Made by a program: the position numbers and the translations under genes. A DNA stretch of 64,000 nucleotides. Source: Dehalococcoidales bacterium (GTDB lineage Bacteria > Chloroflexota > Dehalococcoidia > Dehalococcoidales > UBA2162). The stretch is from positions 4,262 to 68,261 of the forward strand of contig DAOUCV010000021.1 in the NCBI GenBank assembly GCA_034432095.1, written 5' to 3'. Position 1 is the stretch's first letter; each line of letters starts with the position of its first letter. The notes beneath the pieces were generated by a model that made no database searches, was not told the DNA's origin, and saw only the letters and a program-made list of their open reading frames with translations. This document shows positions 55,460 to 64,000 of this stretch, in pieces.

Positions 55460-58400
55460 TCACGCTTCCCCCATCCTTAACGTACGGTGGATAGCCACTC
55501 GGGAAAAGAATAGAATGACCAGAGAAATAGTAATGATGAATGCCATAGCCAAAATAGCATAGGCTATACCGATGGTGCCCCAATTAATGGTCAGGATAAA
55601 GGAAGGCACTACCCTTTGTCCCTGTTCCGTAAGCTGGAGGAAAGGCATCATCACGTAGCTGAGTCTCTCGCCGATGAGCGTACCTATCCCCAGGCCAGCC
55701 ACAATAATAAAGATTTGCTCAAAACAGACCAGCCCGATTATCTGACGCAGGGAGAACCCCAGCGTCCTGAGGATAGCGAAATCCAGTTGCCGTGCTTGGG
55801 CAGAGAGATAAGAATACACCACAAACCCCAGACTGCTTATGAGAACCACGCCAAGGAAAGCAATCATCAACATCCCTCCCCACCCGGCTGCCGCCAGAGG
55901 GTCAGTTCTTAATTGTGATATCATCGCCTCCCTATCATAAAGTGTATGGGCACCGTACCTTCCTGCCCCAAGGACATTAAGTGTAGCCTGCCGTTGTTCT
56001 TTATCACCGGTAACTTTGAGCCACACCTCGTTGGGGTAAATGGGCGCAGCCAATTGCCGGTTTCTAATGCTGATCAGGCGGTCCAGATTGGCAATAAGGA
56101 ACCCCTTCTGGGCAGGGTCAAGAGTTGGGAAATAGTCCACCACATCCTCGATTGACACCAGAATGAATTGCCCCGGCAGACGGACCTGAACCAGCCTGCC
56201 TACCGAGATTTTGGCGCTATCCAGCAGAGAGCGGCTAGCTATGACCACCAGAGGTCGGCTGTCCAGGTTAGGATAGACAGTCCTAGAAGTAACACCGCGA
56301 GCTGCCCAGCCGAAGCGTGCTGAAGTGTTGCCGCTATGGACCACAAGCATATTCTTGGCAAAGGTGTCCGTGGCTGCCGGTGCCCCTGAGAACGACGCGG
56401 ACGCCTCTTCCGGTGAGACTGTCCATTCACTTACGTCTTCAAAGTCCTCGATTACCACCGGTTCGGAAGAGAAAGAACCCCGAACCTGAAGGTCATCAAA
56501 ATAGACACCCTGTCGGCTACCAAATAATCCGGTCATTCCAATAGGTCTCACATAAAGGCAGACCAGGGTCACAGGGGAGGGAAGTGGTGCATCGGTTCCC
56601 GGAGCCGTGAGCTTTGCCTCCAGGTACTGCCAGCCCTCAGCCTGGGTTGTACCAATTAGACGGTCGACGTAGTGCCCCAGACCATCTTTGACCTTGGCAT
56701 GGACTTCTACTTTGAGATTTCCCTCCTCGGGGTAAACCCAGATGCCAAGCGCTTCAGTTCCGTCGGGCAGCTCTAATCCCTCCTTAATGGGTGTGTCCTT
56801 GGTCAACAGATTCATGAGTTCTGGCAGTGGTTTATCGGCAAAGTCATCACGGTACCAGGCAATCTGACTCAAATTCTGGGGTTCCACAGCCAGTAAGGTC
56901 AATTCCGTCTGGGTAAACATGGTGCCTACCGTTCCGTTGCTGCGGTAGGCGATGTTAACACGTTCCACCCCCGGCACGCTTGAATACCGCTCGTATAGAG
57001 TGTCCTTTGATGCCGACTGGTCATTTAACTGCTCCAGACGCACATCGCCTCCTGAGGAGTACAGAGTTCGCTCATTGTAGTTGCGCTCCAGGGTGCCGAG
57101 AAAAGTAGCCGAAAACATCCCCACACTGGCAGCCATTATCAGCAGGAGAATCAGGCGGCCATAATGGACGGGGTTTCGCGCCATGTACCACAGACCGAGT
57201 ACCACCGGTGCGTTTCCAACATATCGGCTGAGTCTTGTTGCCAGGCTAATAATGATGGGGAAGAGACGGAGAAAAACGATGGCTACAGCGAGCATAAAAA
57301 GCATCGGCGTTACCAGTAGCAAGGGGTCTACCCCCATCTCGCCGAACATTTTGATGGTAAGGAGCGTGCCACGCTCCCTTAATTCCCAGTAGAGTACCCC
57401 ACCAAAGACCAAGGCCACCAGGTCCAGGTAAAAGCGCTGCCACAACGGTGCCGATGGTGGGCGGGCAGCCTGCTGTCGGTGGTGCACCACTCCACGGCGT
57501 GCTGCCTGAATGGCAGGCACCAGAAGAGCCAGCAGACAGAGTACTGCCGCCGTTATCGCCAGCACTAATACCGTGCCCGAGAACCTGATAGGGAGAAGCC
57601 CTCCCCCGGTCAGGGTTCTAAAGGCACCAGTCTTGCCTAACAGGCTGAAGACAAAGGCGCCAAGAAAGGGGCCCACGGCGGCACCGATGGCGCTGATTAA
57701 CACGCCTTCCATAAAATAGATGCCGATGATATGCCAGGTGCTGGCACCCCGACTCCTAAATAGAGCGATTTCTCCTGATTCCCGCTCTATCAGCATGTTG
57801 GCCACCGTAATCAGGTAGTACAGGATAATAGCCACAATCTGGGAAACGATAAGGAAAAGGGGAATCTGGGTGTACATTAGTTTGCCCTGATACTCCGTAA
57901 TGACACTAGCTAGAACGGTAAACAGTCCGGAGCGAGGCAAGCTTGACAGGAGCTGGCGCTCCATGCGCCGGATTGCGTTCTTGATAGTCTCGGCGTTTTG
58001 CGAGTTCACTTTATCGATATCTACATAATAGAACCAGTGATATGAGGCGGTCATACCGGGGAACATCTGCCCGACAGCCTCAAAAAGGGATTGTTCCGGG
58101 ATGAAGATAGGAGCGACCCGCCCCTGGTCCAGTGGCACCGCGAATATATCAGTGTTAAGAAACCAAAATTCCTCGCTGGGGTCAATAGGTTCAATGATTG
58201 CCGTAATCTCAATGGTAACCTCGTTTGCGTACTCACCGTAGCCGCCGATGAAAACCAGCCGGTCGCCAACCCCAATACCAAAATTCTTTGCCGTCTCACT
58301 GCCAATCATCCCCTCGATGTAGAAACCCGGGTCTTCCAGTTCCTCTCGGGTGGGACTGTAAGGAGCAGGCTCAGCATAGTGTCCCTCTAGCACTTTTATG

Positions 58401-58972
58401 TGTTTTTCCAGATTGGTGAAGACATGAAAGTGACCTGTGGGCTGGTCCGAACCACCCGGGGTAGGGCGGTCAGTATAGTACGCGTAGAAGGTCTGGCTCT
58501 TTAGCCACCTCTCTTGCTGGCGAATGATCGACTTAATGTTTTGTGATATTAGCTGGTCAACGATTCCCTGCGCTGTATCGTATTCCTGACGAGTGACGAA
58601 ATAGTTTGGGGCATATATGTCCAGGTCAAGTAGCTCGGTTCGCTTGGTACGGAGGGCGTGTTTCAGTCCTAAATCGTTTATGGCATTGGAGTATAAAGGA
58701 GCGCTGGAGAGAAGGGCAACGGCGACAACCGCCCCTGCCACCACGGTCGAGAGAAGGCGCCAGTTAGCCAGGCTTCTTCTAAGGGCGATCTGCCAGGCAG
58801 AGAGAAAGAGCGACATTGCGACGATAACTATATCGTATGGAAAAAGTAAAGTCAATAGTTTATAGGGTTCTACTTGGTAACGGTTGATTTTGTTGTCATT
58901 TCTGTTCATAATGTTCTGTTCATAATGTAGTCCGTGTGAGTTATCCAGTGAATGCCGACTTTCACATCCCAT
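55460..58972 (-). CDS. large FtsX/MacB-type ABC transporter permease (two FtsX modules)
   Basis: Up to 1170 aa. It has two TM bundles with FtsX-like loops (ERESGEIALFRSRGAS, RQLDFAILRTLGFS) and large extracytoplasmic segments. The start is more likely ATG 58909 (MNRNDNK), because the longest ORF overlaps the divergent larA-like start. Confidence 0.8.
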   Translation of the reverse strand: MGCESRHSLDNSHGLHYEQNIMNRNDNKINRYQVEPYKLLTLLFPYDIVIVAMSLFLSAWQIALRRSLANWRLLSTVVAGAVVAVALLSSAPLYSNAINDLGLKHALRTKRTELLDLDIYAPNYFVTRQEYDTAQGIVDQLISQNIKSIIRQQERWLKSQTFYAYYTDRPTPGGSDQPTGHFHVFTNLEKHIKVLEGHYAEPAPYSPTREELEDPGFYIEGMIGSETAKNFGIGVGDRLVFIGGYGEYANEVTIEITAIIEPIDPSEEFWFLNTDIFAVPLDQGRVAPIFIPEQSLFEAVGQMFPGMTASYHWFYYVDIDKVNSQNAETIKNAIRRMERQLLSSLPRSGLFTVLASVITEYQGKLMYTQIPLFLIVSQIVAIILYYLITVANMLIERESGEIALFRSRGASTWHIIGIYFMEGVLISAIGAAVGPFLGAFVFSLLGKTGAFRTLTGGGLLPIRFSGTVLVLAITAAVLCLLALLVPAIQAARRGVVHHRQQAARPPSAPLWQRFYLDLVALVFGGVLYWELRERGTLLTIKMFGEMGVDPLLLVTPMLFMLAVAIVFLRLFPIIISLATRLSRYVGNAPVVLGLWYMARNPVHYGRLILLLIMAASVGMFSATFLGTLERNYNERTLYSSGGDVRLEQLNDQSASKDTLYERYSSVPGVERVNIAYRSNGTVGTMFTQTELTLLAVEPQNLSQIAWYRDDFADKPLPELMNLLTKDTPIKEGLELPDGTEALGIWVYPEEGNLKVEVHAKVKDGLGHYVDRLIGTTQAEGWQYLEAKLTAPGTDAPLPSPVTLVCLYVRPIGMTGLFGSRQGVYFDDLQVRGSFSSEPVVIEDFEDVSEWTVSPEEASASFSGAPAATDTFAKNMLVVHSGNTSARFGWAARGVTSRTVYPNLDSRPLVVIASRSLLDSAKISVGRLVQVRLPGQFILVSIEDVVDYFPTLDPAQKGFLIANLDRLISIRNRQLAAPIYPNEVWLKVTGDKEQRQATLNVLGAGRYGAHTLYDREAMISQLRTDPLAAAGWGGMLMIAFLGVVLISSLGFVVYSYLSAQARQLDFAILRTLGFSLRQIIGLVCFEQIFIIVAGLGIGTLIGERLSYVMMPFLQLTEQGQRVVPSFILTINWGTIGIAYAILAMAFIITISLVILFFSRVAIHRTLRMGEA

Positions 58973-60210
58973 ACGGTGACTCTTTTTTAAGGTTTCGCAT
59001 TCCAGCGGGAAACGTTTCTTTTGTTCTGGAGAAACGTCAACTCAATGGTATTGAGAATGAACAGGAAGCTATCACCCGGAGCCTCAGACTGCCAATAGGA
59101 TGCCCGCCGCTCAATGAACGTATCAATAAGAATGACCGTGTTGTCGTAATAGTTACGGATAATACGAGAGCCTGTCCTGATGACAGGCTGCTTCCTCCCA
59201 TATTGACTGAACTGGAACAGAAGGTCCCTAGAGACAACATCACCATAATAATCGCCCTTGGCCTGCACCCTCCTTTGCAGAAAGAAGCCCTAATCAAAAA
59301 ACTTGGTAATTATATTGTTGAAAACTACCGGGTACTCAATCACGATGTTAACGATACGGTGTACCTAGGCACAACCTCCAGGGGTACTCCTGTTGAAATA
59401 AACAGGCGGGTAATCGAAGCCGATTTTCGCATCAGTACCGGGTTGATTGAGCCGCACTTCTTTGCCGGTTTTTCCGGGGGGAGAAAGAGCATCGCGCCCG
59501 GGGTGTTCAGCGTCAGGTCGGCATATAAAAATCATGGGTACAAAATGATTGAGCATCCATTGGCCAGAGCGGGCATCCTTAAGGGGAACCCGATACATGA
59601 AGATATGGTGGAACAAGCAAGGATGGCTAAACTCAATTTCATCGTAAATGTACTCTTGAACAGGAGGAGAGAGATTACCCATGTCGTGGCTGGAGATTTC
59701 GTTCAAGCCCATGAGAAGGGGTGTGAGATGGAGAAAGAAATTGCCGGGGTTAAAGTAGACCACAAAGTTGATATCACGATTACCTCAAATGGCGGCGCTC
59801 CTCTGGACCTAGACCTGTATCAGACCTGCAAAGGGATAGATACTGCCTCACAGATAACCCGGGATGGAGGGATTATCATCATAGCTTCTTCCTGTACCGC
59901 AGGTGTAGGACCAGGAGAGTTCTTGGGTCTACATAAATCCGCTCATTCTCCCGGGGAAGTGCTGGAGAAAATCAGGCGTGAAGAGCCAATCGGTGTTCAA
60001 TGGCAAAACCAGATTCTGGCGCGTGCTCAGTTAAGGAACGATGTCTACCTGGTATCAGGCCTTGAAGACAGTGTGGTTCGGGATATGATGATGGTGCCGG
60101 TTCCTACTATTGAAGAAGGTCTCGAAAAGGCTTTTCAGGTCTTGGGCAGGGATGCTGAAGTGGCCATCATTCCGGAGGGGCCTTTGGTGCTTCCGATACT
60201 GGATGAGTAA
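58936..60210 (+). CDS. larA: LarA-family (lactate racemase-like, nickel-pincer cofactor-dependent) 2-hydroxyacid racemase/epimerase homologue
   Basis: VVVIVTDNTRACP, GLIEPHFFAGFSGGRKSI and the overall length match LarA/DUF2088 hallmarks. GTG start. Confidence 0.8.
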   Translation: MSYPVNADFHIPYGDSFLRFRIPAGNVSFVLEKRQLNGIENEQEAITRSLRLPIGCPPLNERINKNDRVVVIVTDNTRACPDDRLLPPILTELEQKVPRDNITIIIALGLHPPLQKEALIKKLGNYIVENYRVLNHDVNDTVYLGTTSRGTPVEINRRVIEADFRISTGLIEPHFFAGFSGGRKSIAPGVFSVRSAYKNHGYKMIEHPLARAGILKGNPIHEDMVEQARMAKLNFIVNVLLNRRREITHVVAGDFVQAHEKGCEMEKEIAGVKVDHKVDITITSNGGAPLDLDLYQTCKGIDTASQITRDGGIIIIASSCTAGVGPGEFLGLHKSAHSPGEVLEKIRREEPIGVQWQNQILARAQLRNDVYLVSGLEDSVVRDMMMVPVPTIEEGLEKAFQVLGRDAEVAIIPEGPLVLPILDE

Positions 60211-60293
60211 GAATGGCGCTCTATAGAAGATTTGGCACGCCTTACCGTTCTATTATACAATTCATGTAATTGAAATTGTGGAAGGAGGTAAGG

Positions 60294-61265
60294 ATGAACG
60301 TATTGGTTATCGGCGGGAGTGGCCTGTTTGGCCGCAAGACGATTGTCCACTTGCTTCAAGACCCGGAAGTGTCCAGCGTTACCTCAATGGACTTGGCTCC
60401 ACCAAACGAATGGTTTCTGAAGACCATCGACGAGTATAAGGACAAGTTCCACTTCGTCCGTGGAGACGTTTCCCAGCTCGAAGATATCCTGAACGCCATG
60501 AAGCTGCACTCTATCGACAGGGTGGTCAACTGGGCTTTTATTATGGGCATGGAGGTTAACACCAACCCTCGACTCAGCACCAAGGTGAATGCACTGGGTA
60601 TGTGTAATGCCTTTGAGGCAGCCCGTCTTATGGGGGCAAACCGTGTGGTCTATGCCAGTTCCGAAACGGTGTATGGACCGCAGGAGATGTACGGGGATCG
60701 GGAGGTAACCGAGGATGACCAGTTATACCCCAGCCATTCCTACGCGATATGCAAGCGTTTTGCCGAGATACTGGCCGAGCAGTATAGTCAGCAATACGGC
60801 ATGAGCATCACTGGTGTACGTCCGACTATTGGCTATGGTCATGGCGGACGGTCACCAGCACAATATTGGTCGGATATGCCCTCAATGGTAGCTCTAGGTA
60901 AACCATACTATTTTCCGATGGATGGCAAGGCTCTGTCTTCCCTCGTAGCCGCTGATGACCTGGGTGAATTTACCAGAATCCTGATAAAAGCCACGTCATC
61001 TCCCCACCCGGTATACAATGTCGGCGGCCCCCCTACCAGCATGAGAGATTTAGCTGAGGTAGTGCGTAAATACATACCAGACGCCAAGATAGAATTCGGC
61101 ACCCAGGCTCCACCATTTGGAGGGAGGGGCGGGCTACCGTGGAGGGTGAGCATGGCGAGAGCCAAGGAGGACTTCGGCTTCTCCTGTATGCCAATTGAGA
61201 AAGCGGTGTTAATACATATCAATGATGCCAGGCTAGAAGCGGGGCTGCCCCCCATAACAGGTTAG
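60294..61265 (+). CDS. NAD-dependent epimerase/dehydratase family SDR
   Basis: MNVLVIGGSGLFG Rossmann motif and YAICK (YxxxK). ATG 60294 follows GGAAGGAGG. Confidence 0.85.
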   Translation: MNVLVIGGSGLFGRKTIVHLLQDPEVSSVTSMDLAPPNEWFLKTIDEYKDKFHFVRGDVSQLEDILNAMKLHSIDRVVNWAFIMGMEVNTNPRLSTKVNALGMCNAFEAARLMGANRVVYASSETVYGPQEMYGDREVTEDDQLYPSHSYAICKRFAEILAEQYSQQYGMSITGVRPTIGYGHGGRSPAQYWSDMPSMVALGKPYYFPMDGKALSSLVAADDLGEFTRILIKATSSPHPVYNVGGPPTSMRDLAEVVRKYIPDAKIEFGTQAPPFGGRGGLPWRVSMARAKEDFGFSCMPIEKAVLIHINDARLEAGLPPITG

Positions 61266-61362
61266 CAGATTGCGAGTAATAGTAAGGGAAGGGCAAATAC
61301 CGCGTTCCCCATAGAGCCCTTGTTTTTGTGGAGTGAAAAGCCCTTCCCTTACTCGTTTTTGC

Positions 61363-62367
61363 TTAGCGGCTTCGCTTCCTGGACTTCAGGCTGTCCCTTT
61401 TAGCGATACATTCCTTGACTGATACTGCCAAATCTTCAGCACCGAGGGCAAAGTGGATCTTAAGGTCATCCCTCTCGGGAGTGATTTGACCAGACTGGCT
61501 GAACTCGTCTTCTATGCCAACTCTTACCAGCGATGCCGGCATATTCTCAGCCAGAACTGCGGCCACACCTTCACCCAGACCACCAATTATGCTGCCATTT
61601 TCGGCGGTAACGATGGCCCCGGTCTCCTCAGCTGCTTTGATTATCGCCTCCTCATCCAGTGGCTTAAGTGTGCTCATATTGATTATGCCTACATCGAGTC
61701 CGTCTTTCTCCAGAAGGTCTATAGCTCTTATTGCTTCTGTCACCATATAGCCTGTGGCAATGATGGTGGCATCCTTGCCATCCTTTATGGCATAGGCCTT
61801 GCCGATATCAAATGGGTAGTCTTCAGTAAATATGCTCATCATAGGTGGGCTCATCTCCTGCCTGTAGAATACCGGTCCGATGTAGTCAGCCATGGCAATA
61901 ATTGCTTTTGCGCTCTCAACAGCGTCCGCCGGGTTCAGGATGACCAGATTAGGCATGACACGTGTCATACCTATTCCTTCAACGTGGTTGTGAGATATGC
62001 CTGTTTCTCCCCAAGCCCCCTCACGACCGAATATTTTCACATTGAAGCGGTCTACCAGAATGCTCTGCCTGATAGAGTTGTAAGCCCGACCGATGGCGGC
62101 GAAGACGAAGCTATTGAGAAACGGTACGAACCCTTCAGCGGCTAGTCCTGCCGCTACCACGGCGGCATTAGCCTCAGCGATGCCACATTCAATAATTCTC
62201 TCCGGCGCATTCTCTTTGAACCAGCCAATTGCCGGAAAGCCCATATCCGACAGCACCGCCACTACCTTATCATTTTTCTGCGCCACCTTTATCATGGCAT
62301 CATTCATCGCCGTCATAGCGGCGGGGGATGGCGGACCAATCTTAACGTACTTGTTATACTTTGGCAT
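61363..62367 (-). CDS. transketolase, C-terminal (pyrimidine-binding) subunit
   Basis: ECGIAEANAAVVAAGLAAEGFVPFLNSF. Overlaps the N-terminal subunit gene by 14 nt. Confidence 0.9.
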   Translation of the reverse strand: MPKYNKYVKIGPPSPAAMTAMNDAMIKVAQKNDKVVAVLSDMGFPAIGWFKENAPERIIECGIAEANAAVVAAGLAAEGFVPFLNSFVFAAIGRAYNSIRQSILVDRFNVKIFGREGAWGETGISHNHVEGIGMTRVMPNLVILNPADAVESAKAIIAMADYIGPVFYRQEMSPPMMSIFTEDYPFDIGKAYAIKDGKDATIIATGYMVTEAIRAIDLLEKDGLDVGIINMSTLKPLDEEAIIKAAEETGAIVTAENGSIIGGLGEGVAAVLAENMPASLVRVGIEDEFSQSGQITPERDDLKIHFALGAEDLAVSVKECIAKRDSLKSRKRSR

Positions 62368-63256
62368 ATCTCTCTCTCCCTTCTTTAACCCCCCTGGCTA
62401 TCCCCTCTCCTCTAGCCAGGTGGGTGTGTTCCTGCTCCCATAGGGGGATTCCGTGACCTTTCACGGTGTGGGCTATCAGGCATTTGGGCTTGCCATCACC
62501 GTAAAGGTTGCTGGCTAAGTCGAGTGCATCAACTAGCTCTCTCAGGTTATGACCGTCAATCTCCTTCACCCACCAGCCAAAGGCCTTGAACTTTTCATCA
62601 AGGGGGGCTAACGGCATTATCTCCTCGGTTGGTCCATCAAGGCTGAATTTGTTGTAGTCAATTATGGCTATTAGATTATCAAGCTTATACTTTGCCGCAC
62701 ACATGATAGCTTCCCATATCTGACCTTCATTGCATTCACCATCGCCGACAATGCAGTAAACCCGGTACATAGGGTTATACTTGACGAGGAATCTGGGCAA
62801 GAATTGCGGGAAAGGAGTAGGCGGCGGGTTCATTGCTGTTTTTATTTTTTCCGCTATAGCCATTCCCACCGCGAAGGAGAGACCCTGCCCCAGTGAACCG
62901 CCTGAATAATCAATCCCTGGGGTGCACCACCGGTCAGCATGCCCCTGAAATGGTGAGCGATAACAGTAGTAGGTATCAAGCGCTTCACTTGGGACATAGC
63001 CAATTTCCGGCAGGACTGCATAGATAGCCTCACAACAGTGCGCCTTGGACAGCACTACCCGGTCTCTTTCCGGCCAATCGGGGTTTCCATATTGAAGCTT
63101 GAGATGGTGGAAGTAAAGAGCGGTGACTATTTCGACTATTGACATTGTCCCGCCGCAATGACCCCCCTGGCTTGAATCAAATATGCGAAAAATGTTGTGA
63201 CGGACTATGTTAGCCTTTTTCTCTAGTTCTTGTATTAACTTGTCGTCGTGTGCCAT
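62354..63256 (-). CDS. transketolase, N-terminal (TPP-binding) subunit
   Basis: GGHCGGTMSIVEIVTALY and the GDGECNEGQIWEA TPP motif. Confidence 0.9.
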   Translation of the reverse strand: MAHDDKLIQELEKKANIVRHNIFRIFDSSQGGHCGGTMSIVEIVTALYFHHLKLQYGNPDWPERDRVVLSKAHCCEAIYAVLPEIGYVPSEALDTYYCYRSPFQGHADRWCTPGIDYSGGSLGQGLSFAVGMAIAEKIKTAMNPPPTPFPQFLPRFLVKYNPMYRVYCIVGDGECNEGQIWEAIMCAAKYKLDNLIAIIDYNKFSLDGPTEEIMPLAPLDEKFKAFGWWVKEIDGHNLRELVDALDLASNLYGDGKPKCLIAHTVKGHGIPLWEQEHTHLARGEGIARGVKEGRERYAKV

Positions 63257-63447
63257 TTCTTGCGTCCTTTCTTTTCTATTTTTACTGTACTCAGGGATAG
63301 TTCATTGCCACACCGCGGGCAGGTATTTTTGTAAAAGCCCAGGACAGTTTCTTCCGATGGTATCGCCCGCATATAGAGACGCCGGTTTATCTCCTCACCA
63401 TAATACAGCAGCATATTACATTTACCGCAAAGTATCTTTTCCGTCAT
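63235..63447 (-). CDS. small zinc-ribbon protein (hypothetical)
   Basis: 70 aa with CGKC ... CPRCG. GTGAGG lies upstream of the ATG. Its 3' end overlaps the transketolase start by 22 nt. Confidence 0.45.
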   Translation of the reverse strand: MTEKILCGKCNMLLYYGEEINRRLYMRAIPSEETVLGFYKNTCPRCGNELSLSTVKIEKKGRKKWHTTTS

Positions 63448-63518
63448 ATAACCTCACTTTTTGCTAGAATTTGTAAATCGGCTATATCGACCATCTCAAG
63501 TTATCTTGTTCGCAGCAT

Positions 63519-64000
63519 TTACGGCTGAAGCATTATCTTTATCCCTTTGCCTGCCTTAAAGTCGGCAAACGCTTTGACTACATCCTTGAGTGGATAAACC
63601 GTGATAAGGGGCTTGAGGTTTAGCTTGGGCAGCATATGCAGAGCCCTGGGAAATGAATACGGAGATACCAGGATAGAGCGAATGGTTAATTCTTTTTGGT
63701 ACATGTAGAAAGGCGGCACGCCAACCTCGGCATCCCTGGGATAGACCGCACACCAGACGATGGTGCCGCAATTTTCCGCCAGATAAATGAGCTGTCTAGC
63801 CACAGCAACCTTTCCGCTTGCCTCGAGACAGACATTGAAGCCCCTGCCGTCAGTTAGTTTTTTGGCGGCTTCCTCCAGGTTCTCGTTTACTGGGTCCACC
63901 ACAACATCAGCGCCCAATTGCTTAGCCAGTTTCCTCTTCTCGGCAACTGGTTCAGAGACGAGAACCTTCGCTGCCCCAGACCTGATAGCCAGCTGGAGTA
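63519..64000 (-). CDS. zinc-dependent (MDR family) alcohol/polyol dehydrogenase, C-terminal part (5' end lies outside the window)
   Basis: The frame is open to the window edge: ...LQLAIRSGAAKVLVSEPVAEKRKLAKQLGADVVVDP...GFNVCLEASG... Confidence 0.8.
   Translation of the reverse strand, partial: LQLAIRSGAAKVLVSEPVAEKRKLAKQLGADVVVDPVNENLEEAAKKLTDGRGFNVCLEASGKVAVARQLIYLAENCGTIVWCAVYPRDAEVGVPPFYMYQKELTIRSILVSPYSFPRALHMLPKLNLKPLITVYPLKDVVKAFADFKAGKGIKIMLQP

Noticed and set aside
1-64000. Looked for rRNA, tRNA (GTTCGAATC-type T-arms), CRISPR arrays, transposases/integrases, toxin-antitoxin pairs, and in-frame TGA (selenocysteine) in the Hdr, MopB and AOR genes.
   Set aside because: None was found by eye. 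The few GTTCGA-like strings lie inside coding regions without cloverleaf context. All redox-enzyme ORFs are uninterrupted.

Overview
This is a densely coding bacterial window with about 51 protein genes. I recognised no rRNA, tRNA, CRISPR array, transposase or integrase. All calls come from reading the ORF track and DNA by eye (motifs, gene order, RBS and promoter hexamers); no searches were run. The gene content points to an anaerobic catabolic island. It holds hdrC/hdrB-like genes, a NatAB-like ABC-2 exporter, and glpK with a lipase-type hydrolase. It also holds a cytoplasmic molybdopterin oxidoreductase, six family III (CaiB/BaiF) CoA-transferases (four in tandem), and a PFL2-type glycyl-radical-enzyme (GRE) homologue with its activase. 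Further genes are two crotonases, an acyl-CoA dehydrogenase with fixC-fixX-etfB-etfA, and an AorA/AorB-like tungsten aldehyde:ferredoxin oxidoreductase pair. A BcrC/BcrB (HgdB/HgdA)-like pair has no activator ATPase in the window. The rest comprises a GlcD/GlcF-like FAD/Fe-S oxidase pair, three paralogous family-5 lipoprotein solute-binding proteins (SBPs), DppB/C-like permeases without ATPases, a MacB/FtsX-type exporter, a LarA homologue, an SDR, a split transketolase and a partial MDR dehydrogenase. The main second-look items are these. (1) The GRE homologue has Ser-Thr-Val where the radical Gly-Tyr-Ser belongs (RVASTVAYF), yet it sits 1 nt upstream of an intact-looking activase. (2) An RRM RNA-binding domain is fused to a class I SAM methyltransferase, inside a cassette bracketed by inverted cupin paralogues. 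(3) The SBP genes share promoter/leader modules, including a terminator-like hairpin with compensatory base changes and an SD-preceded 2-codon mini-ORF. (4) One of the six CoA-transferases has His at the catalytic Asp position. (5) An ABC-2 permease is fused to a PrsW-type intramembrane protease domain. Taxonomy cannot be established from the sequence alone. Lipoprotein SBPs with acidic linkers and the gene content are compatible with an anaerobic Chloroflexota/Firmicutes-like organism, but this is inference only.
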